From the NCBI GenBank assembly GCA_963736455.1, contig CAVTON010000002.1:1112620-1176619 (forward strand): a stretch of 64,000 bases of DNA, written 5' to 3'. The notes below the pieces were generated by a model. The model was not told the origin of the DNA. It worked only from the letters and a program-made list of their open reading frames with translations, and searched no databases. Positions 50,847 through 61,381 of the stretch are shown here, piece by piece. The stretch comes from an uncultured Acidobacteriota bacterium (GTDB lineage: Bacteria > Acidobacteriota > Thermoanaerobaculia > UBA5066 > Gp7-AA6). Position numbers and translations under genes: made by a program. Numbering within the stretch: the stretch's first letter is position 1; every line of letters begins with the position of its first letter.

Positions 50847-53354
50847 TCACTCGCTCCGCAGGGCGTCCAGCGCATCGGTTCGCGCGGCGCGGAGGGCCGG
50901 GGGCAGCGCCGCGGCGAGCGCCACCACGGCCATGAGGGCGGTGCCGAAGGCGAAGATTCCGACGTTGGTGGCGCGGACTTCGAAGAGGATCGATTCGACG
51001 ACGCGAGCCAGGACATAGGCGGCAGGCAAACCGACCGCTACTCCGACGAGCAGGAATCTCACGACCTCGCCGAGGATGAGCCGGCGCACGGCCGCGGGGT
51101 CTGCTCCGAGGGCCACGCGCACGCCGATCTCCTGGCGCCGCTGGGACACGGCGAAGGCCAGAACGCCGTAGATTCCGATCGCGGCGAGCACAGCGGCGAG
51201 GCCGCCAAAGGCGACGGCGAGCAGCATCGTGAGCCGCTGTGTCAGGAGCGAGTCGCGCAGTTGGCTCTTCAGGGTCTTCAGGTCGTCGATCGGCAGCTGC
51301 GGGTCGAGCCGGCGAACGGCGGCTCTCATCACCGGGGAAAGGGCCGCCGGGTCCAGCCGAGTCCGGACATAGAACGTCAGGTCGCCGAGAACCGCGTTCT
51401 GGAGGTAGGGCAGGTAGGCGTAGGCGACCGGACCCTCGCCGACGTCGGATCCGATGCTGTCGCGGACGACGCCGACGATCTCGACGTCCGGTTTGACCTC
51501 CGGACCGCCGCCGAACGCGAAACGTCCGCCGACCGCGCTCCGGCCGGGAAAGAACTTCCGCGCGAAGGTCTCGTTGACGACGGCGACCTTGGAGGACGAG
51601 AGATCGTCGGCCCACCCGATCGATCTTCCTGTCAGGAGCGGTATGCCCAGAGTCACGAAGTAGTCCGGGCCGATCCGATTGCGCCGCGAGTAGGTGTCGG
51701 CCCCGTCCGGGGCGTTGGAATTCTCGATCTTCACGTTTCCGCCGGAGTCGTTGCCGGTGAGAGTTCCGATCTGGGCCGCGGTGACCGCCTGCACGCCGGG
51801 CAAGGCTCGCAGGTCGTCCGTCAAGCGCCGCGCGAGGATCATGGTTCTCTCGGAGGAGTAGCCGTTGAGCTTCGGGGCGATCGAGAAACCGATGATGTGG
51901 TCGGGCTTCATGCCGAGCTCGACCCGGCCGAGGTTGCGAAGGCTCTCGGTGAACAGGCCCGCCGTGATCAGGAGCACGAGCGTCAGGGCGACCTGGGCGG
52001 TGACCAGTCCGTTGCGGAAACGCAGCGCGTCGCGCGCGGGCGACGCCGACCCGCGTCCCTGTCCGCGCAGCGTGCGCGCGGGATCGAGGCGGGCGGCTCG
52101 ATACGCGGGTCCGACGCCGAAGAGAATCCCGGCCAGGAGCGACAGGCCCGCGGCGAAACCGAGAACCCGGGGATCGACCTGGGCGGCGATCTGGCGCAGA
52201 TCCGCATCGGCCGGGAAGGTCGAGAGCAGACCATGCAGAATCCAGGAAGCCAGGATGAGGCCGAGAGCGCCGCCGGCAATCGAGAAGACGAGGCACTCGA
52301 CGACGGACTGGCGCAGCAGCTGCAGGCGGCTGGCGCCGATGGCGAGGCGAATGCCGTATTCCCTCTGTCGCGCCGCCCCGCGCGCGGCGAGCAGTCCCGC
52401 AAGATTCGAGCACGCGATAAGCAGGACGAGGCTGACCATGCCCATCAGAGAGATCAGCGGTGCGCCCACCCCGTCCTGCAGCACCGTTCGACCCCGGGCG
52501 CCGGACACCAGCAGGAGGCGGCGGTCGAGGAACTGTTTTTTGGTCCCGTCGCTCCAGCCCGTCATGCGGGGGAGGAGGGCCTCGAGCTCGGACCGATACG
52601 TCGGCGCGAGCTGTCGCTCCGCGGCCGGCCGCGAGACTCCGGTCTTGAGGCGCCCGATGATCTGGACCCAGTAGTCCTTCGGATCGTCGAGACCGTTCCA
52701 GAACGGCGTCATCTGCGCCTTCATCGTCATCGGGACGAAGAGGTCGGCCGGCCGTCCCGGCTGAACTCCGAGGAATCCCGCCCGGGCGATGCCGACGACG
52801 GTCAGCGGCTGCCCGTTGGCCACGATGGTCTGATTCAGCACCGACGGGTCGGAGCCAAATCTCCGCTTCCAGTAGCCATGCGAGAGTACGGCCACCGGAT
52901 TTGCACCCGGCGCCCGGTCGTCCGACGCGGTCAGGGCCCGCCCCAGGGCGGGCGGCACGCCGAGGACCCCGAAGTAGTTCCCCGTGACCAGCTCGCCCGC
53001 GGCCCGCTCGGTTTCCCCTCCCGAGGCGATGCTCGCCGGGAATGGGACTTCGCCGATCAAGCCCGAGAAGACCGTCGCGTTTCGGGCCAGGTCTCGATAC
53101 ATCGGGTAAGAGAAACACGCGGCATCATCGCCGTCGCTCGAGGTGTGGCCCTGCCGGGGGCCGGGCGAGCGCAGGAGAACGAGCTGTTGCGGCTCGCGGA
53201 CCGGCAGCTCCCGGATGAGCACCCGGTCGACGATGGCGAAGATGGCGGCGTTGGCGCCGATGCCGAGGGCGAGCGTCAGGACGGCGACGGCCGAGAAGCC
53301 CGGACTCTTGGCGAAGGTCCGCAGGGCGTAGCGCAGGTCTTGCCAGAGAGGCAT
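50847..53354 (-). CDS. FtsX/MacB-type duplicated ABC permease (ADOP-like)
   Basis: 835 aa, MPLWQDLRYALRTFAKSPGF...ALRSE, two FtsX halves. Confidence 0.85.
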   Translation of the reverse strand: MPLWQDLRYALRTFAKSPGFSAVAVLTLALGIGANAAIFAIVDRVLIRELPVREPQQLVLLRSPGPRQGHTSSDGDDAACFSYPMYRDLARNATVFSGLIGEVPFPASIASGGETERAAGELVTGNYFGVLGVPPALGRALTASDDRAPGANPVAVLSHGYWKRRFGSDPSVLNQTIVANGQPLTVVGIARAGFLGVQPGRPADLFVPMTMKAQMTPFWNGLDDPKDYWVQIIGRLKTGVSRPAAERQLAPTYRSELEALLPRMTGWSDGTKKQFLDRRLLLVSGARGRTVLQDGVGAPLISLMGMVSLVLLIACSNLAGLLAARGAARQREYGIRLAIGASRLQLLRQSVVECLVFSIAGGALGLILASWILHGLLSTFPADADLRQIAAQVDPRVLGFAAGLSLLAGILFGVGPAYRAARLDPARTLRGQGRGSASPARDALRFRNGLVTAQVALTLVLLITAGLFTESLRNLGRVELGMKPDHIIGFSIAPKLNGYSSERTMILARRLTDDLRALPGVQAVTAAQIGTLTGNDSGGNVKIENSNAPDGADTYSRRNRIGPDYFVTLGIPLLTGRSIGWADDLSSSKVAVVNETFARKFFPGRSAVGGRFAFGGGPEVKPDVEIVGVVRDSIGSDVGEGPVAYAYLPYLQNAVLGDLTFYVRTRLDPAALSPVMRAAVRRLDPQLPIDDLKTLKSQLRDSLLTQRLTMLLAVAFGGLAAVLAAIGIYGVLAFAVSQRRQEIGVRVALGADPAAVRRLILGEVVRFLLVGVAVGLPAAYVLARVVESILFEVRATNVGIFAFGTALMAVVALAAALPPALRAARTDALDALRSE

Positions 53355-53373
53355 CAGGAGCGTTTCCTTTCCG

Positions 53374-55800
53374 TCATTCCGCGCGCAGGGTCCGGATCGG
53401 GTCCACGCACAACGCCCGCCGCACCGGCGCGAGGCTCGACGCCAGGGCGACGAGGACCATCAGCGTCGAGGCGGCAGCCAGAACCAGGGGGTCGTGCGGC
53501 GTCACGTGGTAGAGCTGGCTCGCGAGGGTTCGCGAGAGGGCGAGCGAGCCGGCGAGGCCGAGGGCGACGCCCGACAGAGTCAGCCGCAGGGTCTGCCAGG
53601 AGACGAGGCCCACGACGCGGCGCCGGTCGGCGCCGAGCGCGACGCGGATGCCGATCTCACGGCTCCGCTGGCCGACGAACCCCGACAGCACGCCGAAGAT
53701 CCCGACCGAAGCCAGCAGCGACGCGAGTGCGGCGAAGGCAGTCAGGAGATCCGCGGCGAAACGGCGCGGCGCCGCCGAGTTCGTGAGAACTCGCTCCATC
53801 GTGGCCACGCGGGTGATGGGCTGGTCGCCGTCGATCGAGGCGATGACGGCGCGGACCGGCGCGGCGAGACTCTCGGGATCCGCGGCGCGCACGACCAGCA
53901 CCATGGAGCCGTCGGTGAACTGCTCCCGCGGAAGGTAGATCTGGGGCGTCTCCGGCGCGTCGAGGGCGGTGTGGCGCACGCTGCCGACGACGCCGACGAC
54001 GGAGCGCCATGGCCCTTCGGTGCCTCCCACGGCCACGCGCTTGCCGATCGGGTCCTCGCCGCCCCAGATTTTTCGTGCCAGCGCGGCGTTGATCAGGACC
54101 ACCGGCGCCGCCTCGGCGCGGTCTGCGGGCTCGATCCCGCGTCCTCGGAGCACGGGGATGCCCATCGTGCGCAGGTAGTCGGCGCTGACGCCGTAGCGGT
54201 CGGCGCTCGGGTCCAACTCGGGATTCGCGGAGGGCCTGTCCTGGGCGTGAATCCCGTAGCCGTCGAGGTCGCCGCCCAGCGGAAGCTGACTGACGAGGCC
54301 CGCGCTCCGGACTCCCGGCAGCGCGCCGACCCCCTCGAGCACCCGATCCCAGAAGCGGCTCACCGCCGCGTCGTCGGGATACCTGGCGCCCGAAACGTCC
54401 ACTTCCATCGTCAGGACGCCCCTGCTCCGGAAGCCCGGATCCGCGTGCAGCAGCCGCGAGGTGCTCTTCATCAGCAGGAGAGCGCCGGCCAGGAGCATGA
54501 CGGCAAGGGCGACGTCGAAGACCACGAGCTCGCCTCCGAAGCGCCGCGCGCGCCGGCTCGTCGAGGCTCCGGAGGTTTCGCGAAGCACCGGCTCGGGATC
54601 CAGGCGGCTCATCCGCAGGGCGGGAACGATGCCGAAGAGGATTCCTGTGCCCAGGGAAACCCCCAGCGTGAAGAACAGGACGGCGCCCTCGAGCCGGACC
54701 CCGCTCACGCGCGGCAGACTGGCGGGGGCGAAGCCGATCAGCGACTGCAGTGTCCAGGCCGCGGTGAGCAGGCCGGCGGCTCCTCCGAGGAGGGCGAGGA
54801 GGACCGCCTCGGTCAGGAAGAGGGAGGTGATCCGCGCCCTCGAGGCGCCGAGGGCGGTGCGCAGCGCGACCTCCTTGCGGCGGCGGCCTGCTCGGGAGAG
54901 CAGCAGGCTGGCCACGTTGGCGCAGCCGATCAGGAGCACGAGGCCGACGGAGGCGAGAAGGGTCCAGAGGAGCGGCCTTGCGCGCGCGGTCAACCGCTCC
55001 GCGTAAGGCTTCACGAAGATGCCCGGACTCGGGTACTCGGTGGGATGCTCGCGCATGAGAGCCGCCGAAATCGCGTTCATCTCAGCGCTCGCCTGGGCGG
55101 TGGTGACGCCGTTCTTCAGCCGTGCGATCGCGCGGAGGTGGCGGCAGCTCCGGCAAGACTGCGGCAGGCTCGTGTCGTAGCCGAGAGGGGAAAAGATCTC
55201 CGTGGGCTTCGTCGGGTCGCTGGCGAAGATCGACTCGAACTCGCGCGGCAGAACCCCCGCGACGAGGTACGCCGTGTCGCCCAGCCGAACAGCGTTGCCG
55301 ACGATCGTCGGGTCCGCCCCGAACCGACGGCGCCACAGTCCATCGGTGAGGATGACGACCCGATTGGATCCCCGGGCGTCCTCCGAGGGCAGGAAGTCCC
55401 GGCCGAGCGCGAATCGAACGCCCAGGAGGCCGAAGAATCCCTGGGTCACGCGCAGGCCCTCGATGCGTTCGGCGGGAGCGGCCGAGCTCGCGCCGACCTT
55501 GGGCATCCAGTATGCGGCCACGGCGATGTCGTCGAAGGACCGGCTGCGGCCCCTCCAGTCGAGGAAGGTTGCGTAGCCCGTGTTGGATGGGGAGCCGTCA
55601 ACGTCCTGCTCCTCGAGCGCCACGAGGTTTTCGGGATGAGCGAAGGCGAGCGGGCGCAGCAGGACGCCGCGCACCACCGAGAAGATCGCGGTGTTGGCGC
55701 CGATCGCCAGCGCCAGCGTCGCCACCGTGATCGCGGTGAAGCCGGGGCTCTTCGAGAGGCCCCGGACGGCGTAGCGGAGATCCTGGAAAAAGGCATTCAT
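53374..55800 (-). CDS. FtsX/MacB-type duplicated ABC permease (ADOP-like)
   Basis: 808 aa, MNAFFQDLRYAVRGLSKSPGF...IRTLRAE. Confidence 0.85.
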   Translation of the reverse strand: MNAFFQDLRYAVRGLSKSPGFTAITVATLALAIGANTAIFSVVRGVLLRPLAFAHPENLVALEEQDVDGSPSNTGYATFLDWRGRSRSFDDIAVAAYWMPKVGASSAAPAERIEGLRVTQGFFGLLGVRFALGRDFLPSEDARGSNRVVILTDGLWRRRFGADPTIVGNAVRLGDTAYLVAGVLPREFESIFASDPTKPTEIFSPLGYDTSLPQSCRSCRHLRAIARLKNGVTTAQASAEMNAISAALMREHPTEYPSPGIFVKPYAERLTARARPLLWTLLASVGLVLLIGCANVASLLLSRAGRRRKEVALRTALGASRARITSLFLTEAVLLALLGGAAGLLTAAWTLQSLIGFAPASLPRVSGVRLEGAVLFFTLGVSLGTGILFGIVPALRMSRLDPEPVLRETSGASTSRRARRFGGELVVFDVALAVMLLAGALLLMKSTSRLLHADPGFRSRGVLTMEVDVSGARYPDDAAVSRFWDRVLEGVGALPGVRSAGLVSQLPLGGDLDGYGIHAQDRPSANPELDPSADRYGVSADYLRTMGIPVLRGRGIEPADRAEAAPVVLINAALARKIWGGEDPIGKRVAVGGTEGPWRSVVGVVGSVRHTALDAPETPQIYLPREQFTDGSMVLVVRAADPESLAAPVRAVIASIDGDQPITRVATMERVLTNSAAPRRFAADLLTAFAALASLLASVGIFGVLSGFVGQRSREIGIRVALGADRRRVVGLVSWQTLRLTLSGVALGLAGSLALSRTLASQLYHVTPHDPLVLAAASTLMVLVALASSLAPVRRALCVDPIRTLRAE

Positions 55801-55814
55801 CGCGGGTGCCTCCC

Positions 55815-56489
55815 TCAGTCGTTGACGACCCAGCCGTCGCGCAGGCGAACGATGCGGTTCCCGTAGGTCGCGTTCTCCTCCGAGTGCGTCACCTGGATGA
55901 TCGTCGTGCCCTCGTCGTTGAGTTTCTTGAAGAGGCGCATGATCTCGCGGCCCTGGTCGGAGTGGAGGTTGCCGGTCGGCTCGTCGGCGAGAAGCAGGCG
56001 CGGTTTGGCGATCAGCGCGCGCGCCACGCCGACGAGTTGCTGCTGGCCGCCCGAGAGCTGATTCGGAAACAGGTCCTTCTTGCCGACGATCTGGAAGCGG
56101 TCGAGCGTGTCGGCCACGATCGACGCCCGCTCGGAGCTCTTGACGTTGCGGTAGGACAGCGGGATGTCGAGGTTCTCGGCGACCGTCAGGTTGTCGAGCA
56201 GGTGGTACTGCTGAAAGACGAAACCCACGTGCTTCTTGTTGAGCTCGATGCGGTCCTTCGGCCTCAGGGCATGCACGTCCTGGTCGAGCAGCCGGTAGGT
56301 GCCGCGCCAGTCGTGGTCGAGCATGCCGAGGATCGCGAGCAGCGTCGACTTGCCGGCGCCGGAGGGACCCATGATCGTGACGAACTCGCCGGCGGCGATC
56401 TCGAGCTGGATGCGGCGCAGGACGAAGGTCTCGCCGGCCCGCGTGGCGTAGGACTTCTCGACGTTCGAAAGCTGGATCATCGTGTTCAT
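55815..56489 (-). CDS. MacB/LolD-type ABC transporter ATP-binding protein
   Basis: 224 aa with Walker [17 protein letters not shown] signature and Walker B LLLADEPT. The ATG overlaps the upstream permease stop (ATGA). Confidence 0.85.
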   Translation of the reverse strand: MNTMIQLSNVEKSYATRAGETFVLRRIQLEIAAGEFVTIMGPSGAGKSTLLAILGMLDHDWRGTYRLLDQDVHALRPKDRIELNKKHVGFVFQQYHLLDNLTVAENLDIPLSYRNVKSSERASIVADTLDRFQIVGKKDLFPNQLSGGQQQLVGVARALIAKPRLLLADEPTGNLHSDQGREIMRLFKKLNDEGTTIIQVTHSEENATYGNRIVRLRDGWVVND

Positions 56490-58918
56490 TCGCCTTTCAG
56501 AGCCTCGATGGGAGCGATGCGCGCGGCGCGTCGGGCAGGCACGCCGCTGGCCGCAAACATGACGAGGGCGAGCGCCGCGGCCGAACCGGCCAGCGAAGCC
56601 GGATCGGACGCGCCGACCCCGTAGAGAACGTGTGACAGAACGGGTCGAAGAAGGAGGGCGCCCGCGACACCGGCGGCGATGCCGCCGACCGCGAGCCGCC
56701 CGGTTTCCGCCAGAACGGATGCGAGGACCTGGGGAGGCCGCGCGCCGAGCGCGATCCGAATCGAGAACTCCCGGCGGCGCAGGGCGACGACGTAGGAGAG
56801 GAGGCCATACACGCCGAGCATCGCGAGACCGACGGCGGCGGCGCCGAAGCCGAGCATCAGCCGCATGTTGAGCCTGGACGGCGCGAGCGCCGCCTGGTAG
56901 ATCCGGCGGAGCGTCGAGACCGCCGGAACGGGCAGGGCCGGATCGAGGTCGTGGAAAATCCGGGCAATGGCGGGGGCTTCCTCCGCCCCGCGGACGACGA
57001 GCTGCATGTCCTCGAGCGGAAACTGGCGCACCGGGAGGTAGTAGGCGGGCGGAGTCTCCCGGTCCAGCCCGAGGAAGCGGACGTTGCCGGCCACTCCCAC
57101 GATCTCGAAGCGTGTCGGGAGTCCCTCGCCCCACCAGGACACGGCGTCGCGAGTGTCGAGGAAGCGGCCCAGGACGCGTCCGTCCGGAAAATGAGCCCGG
57201 GCAAACGCCTCGTTGACGATCGCGACCGGCGGATGGCGCGCGTCGTCGCTCGAGGTGAACTCGCGCCCCGCCCGCAGCGGCACGCCGACCGATCGAAAGT
57301 AGTCTTCACCGACGGAGCGGAACCAGGCCGGCGCCGCATCCTCCGGCCGCGCGCCCTCCGGCGTCCCGCCCCCGATCCACTGGCCCTCGAGAGGGTGGTT
57401 GTAGGCGAGAGACGCCGCGGCGACGCCCGGCAGCGCCCGAACCTCCGCGAGGAGGCGGTCCTCGAAGCGGGCGACCTCCGCGGCGCCGGGATATCGCGAT
57501 CGAGGCAGCGAGAAGGGCGTGATCGCGACGTCGGCATGAAAGCCGGGATTCACGCGCGACAGCTCGAGGAAGCTCCGGGTCAGGAGCGCCGCGCCCGAAA
57601 CGAGCAGCACGGCGATCGCGGTTTCGGCGAGGACGAGAAGACGGAGAGATCCCCGGGCGTTCCGGGACCGGGTCGAGCCGCGGGCTATCGAGGAGAGCGC
57701 GCCGTTGGTTCCGCGCCGCGCGGCGGAGAGCGCGGGAATCAGCCCCGACAGCAGGCCGACCGCGACCGACACGCCGACCGCGAATGCCAGGATCCCGCCG
57801 TGGAGGCGGACCTGGGCGAGACGGGGCACGTCGGCCGGGACGAGCGCGACGATCAGCGGAAGCCCCCAGGCGCTCAGGACGATTCCGAGAACTCCCGCGA
57901 GCGCCGCGACGATGAGCGATTCGGCGAGGATCTGCGCGACGATCCGACCGCGGCGCGCTCCCAGCGCCGTGCGCACGGCCAGCTCGTGGCCACGGGCCTC
58001 GGCTCGCGCGAGCTGGAGGCTCGTCACGTTGGCGCACGCAATGGCGAGCACGAACGCGACCGCCCCGAAGAGCAGCCACAGGGCCGGCCGCATCGCGCCC
58101 TCGGTCTCGCGGTCGAGAGGCTCCAGGCGCACGTCGGCAGCGCGGTTGCTCGAATCGTCGGCCGCGAGGCGGCGCGCCAGGGCCGTCATCTCCTTCTGCG
58201 CGCCCTCGCGCGTGAAGCCGCCGGCCAGGCGGCCCAGAACTCCGAGGACGTAGCTGTGCCGGCCGGGAGCGCCGGTTCCCTCGAGGGCGGCCGGGACGAA
58301 GAACTCGGGTTGTCCCGCGGCAAAGCCGATCTTTCCGATCGTCAGCGCGGCGACCGGATAGGGCGCGCGGGGCATGACGCCGACGACGGTCCGCGTCGTC
58401 CCCTCGAGCGTCAGCGGTCGGCCGACGATGTTCGGATCGGAGCCGAAGCGGGAGACCCAGAGGTCATGGCCCAGCACGACGACCGGAGCCGCGCCCGACT
58501 GCGCCTCCTCGGGAAGGAAAGCGCGGCCGAGCACCGGCGAGACGCCGAGCACATGGAAGAAGTCGGGGGTAACCCGGCTGCCATGCAGCAGGACCGGATC
58601 GCCCTCTCCGGTCAGCGTCCACGTCGCGCCCTGAAACGCGGCCAGGCTCTCGAACGCCCGCGCGTGCTCCCGCCAGGCGCGCAGGCTCGCGGGCGCCGGG
58701 CGCCAGGGGCGACCGTCCGGACCGGTCTCCCAGAGAACGACGATCCGCTCGGGAGAGCGGTACGGCAGGGGGGCGAGAACGACCGTGTGCAGGATCGAGA
58801 AGATCGTCGTCGAGGCGGCGATCCCCGCCGCCAGCGTCCCGATCGCCGCCGCGGCGAAGCCCGGGCTTCTTCTCAAGCCCCGCAGGGCGTAGCGCAGGTC
58901 AGAGCCGATCGCGTTCAT
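56486..58918 (-). CDS. FtsX/MacB-type duplicated ABC permease (ADOP-like)
   Basis: 810 aa, MNAIGSDLRYALRGLRRSPGF...IEALKGE. Confidence 0.85.
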   Translation of the reverse strand: MNAIGSDLRYALRGLRRSPGFAAAAIGTLAAGIAASTTIFSILHTVVLAPLPYRSPERIVVLWETGPDGRPWRPAPASLRAWREHARAFESLAAFQGATWTLTGEGDPVLLHGSRVTPDFFHVLGVSPVLGRAFLPEEAQSGAAPVVVLGHDLWVSRFGSDPNIVGRPLTLEGTTRTVVGVMPRAPYPVAALTIGKIGFAAGQPEFFVPAALEGTGAPGRHSYVLGVLGRLAGGFTREGAQKEMTALARRLAADDSSNRAADVRLEPLDRETEGAMRPALWLLFGAVAFVLAIACANVTSLQLARAEARGHELAVRTALGARRGRIVAQILAESLIVAALAGVLGIVLSAWGLPLIVALVPADVPRLAQVRLHGGILAFAVGVSVAVGLLSGLIPALSAARRGTNGALSSIARGSTRSRNARGSLRLLVLAETAIAVLLVSGAALLTRSFLELSRVNPGFHADVAITPFSLPRSRYPGAAEVARFEDRLLAEVRALPGVAAASLAYNHPLEGQWIGGGTPEGARPEDAAPAWFRSVGEDYFRSVGVPLRAGREFTSSDDARHPPVAIVNEAFARAHFPDGRVLGRFLDTRDAVSWWGEGLPTRFEIVGVAGNVRFLGLDRETPPAYYLPVRQFPLEDMQLVVRGAEEAPAIARIFHDLDPALPVPAVSTLRRIYQAALAPSRLNMRLMLGFGAAAVGLAMLGVYGLLSYVVALRRREFSIRIALGARPPQVLASVLAETGRLAVGGIAAGVAGALLLRPVLSHVLYGVGASDPASLAGSAAALALVMFAASGVPARRAARIAPIEALKGE

Positions 58919-58951
58919 CCCCGTCCTCGATCTTGCCGGGCGTGCTCATTC

Positions 58952-61376
58952 CTACTCCGATCTCAGGACGGCGGCGGGGTCCACGCGGATGGCCCGTCGT
59001 GCCGGTCGCGCGCAGGCCAGGCCCACGACGCCGGTCACGACGAACGCGACGCCCCCGAAGGTCAGCGGATCGGTAGGCCCGATTCCGAAGAGGAGGCTCT
59101 GGAGAAAGCGGGTCAGGAGCACCGCGGAGGCGGCGCCGATCGCCATCCCGGCCGCCGCCAGGCGCAGCGCCTGGCCGAAGACCAGACGGAGCACGTCGCG
59201 AGGATGAGCGCCGAGGGCCGTGCGGATCCCGATCTCGCGGCGGCGCTGGGCGACGCCGTGGGACACGACGCCGTAGATCCCGACCGAGGCGAGGAGCAGG
59301 GCCAGCGCGCCGAACAACCCGAGGAGGACCGTGTCGAAGCGGCGCCGGGCGAGGGAGTCCGCGATGTACTGGTTCATCGGCTGGATTGCCGTGACCGCCT
59401 GATCCTTGTCGATCGCGTGGATCGCCGCGACCGCCGGCTTGGCGAGGCTCATCGCAGGCCGATCGGTCCGCACCAGGAGAGTCATTGCCCCACGCGGGGC
59501 CTGTGATAGCGGCAGGAAGCCTTCCGTCAGGATCGGCTGATCCAGTCCGGACTGGGGCACGTCGCCGACGACGCCCACGATCTCGCGATAGGGAACCCGG
59601 TTCTCCGGGAATCCCTGCTTGATCCGTTTCCCGACGGCGCTCTCGTGCGGCCACCACCGGCGCGCCATGCTTTCGTTGATGACCATGACCGGCGTCGACG
59701 TCGCGGTATCCGTCGCGTCGAAATAGCGTCCCTCCCGGAGCGGAACCCCCATCGTCCGGAAGTAGGACGACTCGACCACGTCGAACGCCGAATGCGGCAG
59801 CTGCGCCTGGGGCGGAACGGGCCGATCCGAAACGAGATACACGGAGCCCCAGCACTGGCCGATGACGGGAGTGCAGTGACTGGCGCTCGCGCCTTCGGCT
59901 CCGGGCAAGCGCCGCAGATCGGCGACCGCGCGTTCGAAGAATCGGAGGCGGTCGCCGTCGCTCGCGTACTTGACCTCCGGAAGATAGACGTCGAGGGCGA
60001 GAACGCCGTCGGTCTCCATCCCCGGCGAAACCTCCTGGACCCGCCGCAGGCTGCGCAGGAGCAGGCCCGAAGCGACGGCCAGCACGAACGCGAGCGCGAC
60101 CTCGGAAACAAAGAGAATCGAGCGCAGGCGCTGGCGGTCGAGCCCGCCGGTCGTGCTGTTGCCGGACTCGCGCAGCGTCGTTTGCGGATCGTGACGCGAG
60201 GCCTGCAGGGCCGGGACGAGACCGAAGAGCAGCCCCGTCAGGGTCGACGCGGCCAGCGTGAACAGCAGCACCATCGGATCGATCCGCGTGTCGGCGAGGC
60301 GCGGGATTTGGGGCGGCGCCAGGCGCACCAACGGGCCGAGCGCCCAGGCCGCCAGGACCACGCCGACCGCCCCGCCGGCGGAGGACAGGAGGAGGCTTTC
60401 CGTCAGCACCTGACGCACGAGCCTGCCGCGAGCGGCCCCGATGGCCGTTCGGATCGCGAACTCGCGGCGTCGCGCGGCGGCACGCGTCAGCAGCAGGTGC
60501 GCCACGTTCGCGCACGCGATGAGCAGGACGGCGCCGACGGCCGAGAGCAGGATCCAGAGCGCCGCGCGGACATCGCCGAAGAGCGCTTCGCTCAGGGACT
60601 CGATGCTCGCTCGCTGTCCGCTGTTCGTGGCGGGGTACTCCTTTTCGAGGCGGAGCATGACGGTGTCCATCTCGCGCCGCACGCTTTCGATCGATGCGCC
60701 GGGAACGAGCCGGCCGAGCACGCGCATCGCCGAGTGGTTTGCTCTCTCCAGCCACTCCGGGCGGCTGCCCTGAAGTCCGATCGGGGTGTAGACGTCGACC
60801 GGCTCGGGGAAGAACGCGAAGGACGCGGGCAGTACCCCGACGATCGTGTGAGGAATTCCCTCCAGGTTCACCGTCCGGTCCGACGGCGCCCGGATCGCTT
60901 CCGAACCGCGCTTTCCAGGCGCCATGGGAGAGGAGGACCGTCGGCGGCGCCCCCGGCCGGTCGTCGGCTTCGGCAAACGGCCGCCCGATGTCGGTTCGCG
61001 TCCCGAGCATCGGGAAAAGTGACGCCGAGATCTGTGCGACACGGAGTATCTCCGGCTCTCCGACGCCGGTCAGTATCGCGTTGTCGGTTCGGTACGCCGC
61101 GAGCCCCCGGAACGAATGCGTCTGCGCGCGCCAATCGAGGAACGTCGGCCACGCCACGCCCATCGAGCCGCTGATCGGGTGCTGTTCGCGCAGCACGACC
61201 AGGCGATCCGGCTCGGGATACGGCAGCCGGCGCAGCAACACGGCGTGAACGACGCTGAAGATCGCGGTGTTCGCACCGATTCCGAGGGCCAGCGTCGCCA
61301 GCACGATCACGGTGAAGCCGGGGGTCTTGAGCAGAGACCGGATGGCGTAGCGAAGGTCTTGCAGGAGCGTGGACAT
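58952..61376 (-). pseudogene. FtsX/MacB-type duplicated permease disrupted by a 1-nt frameshift near 60870-60885
   Basis: The N-terminus (ATG 61374-76, MSTLLQDLRYAIRSLLKTPGF...ARFGSDPGAVG) is in the frame of the spurious 58899..63212 ORF. The remainder (RTVNLEGIPHTIVGVLPASF...AVLRSE) is in the 58952..61042 frame. An intact paralog reads FGSEPSLVGKTIRLEGEPYLVAGV across the junction. Confidence 0.6.
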
Positions 61377-61381
61377 CGGCG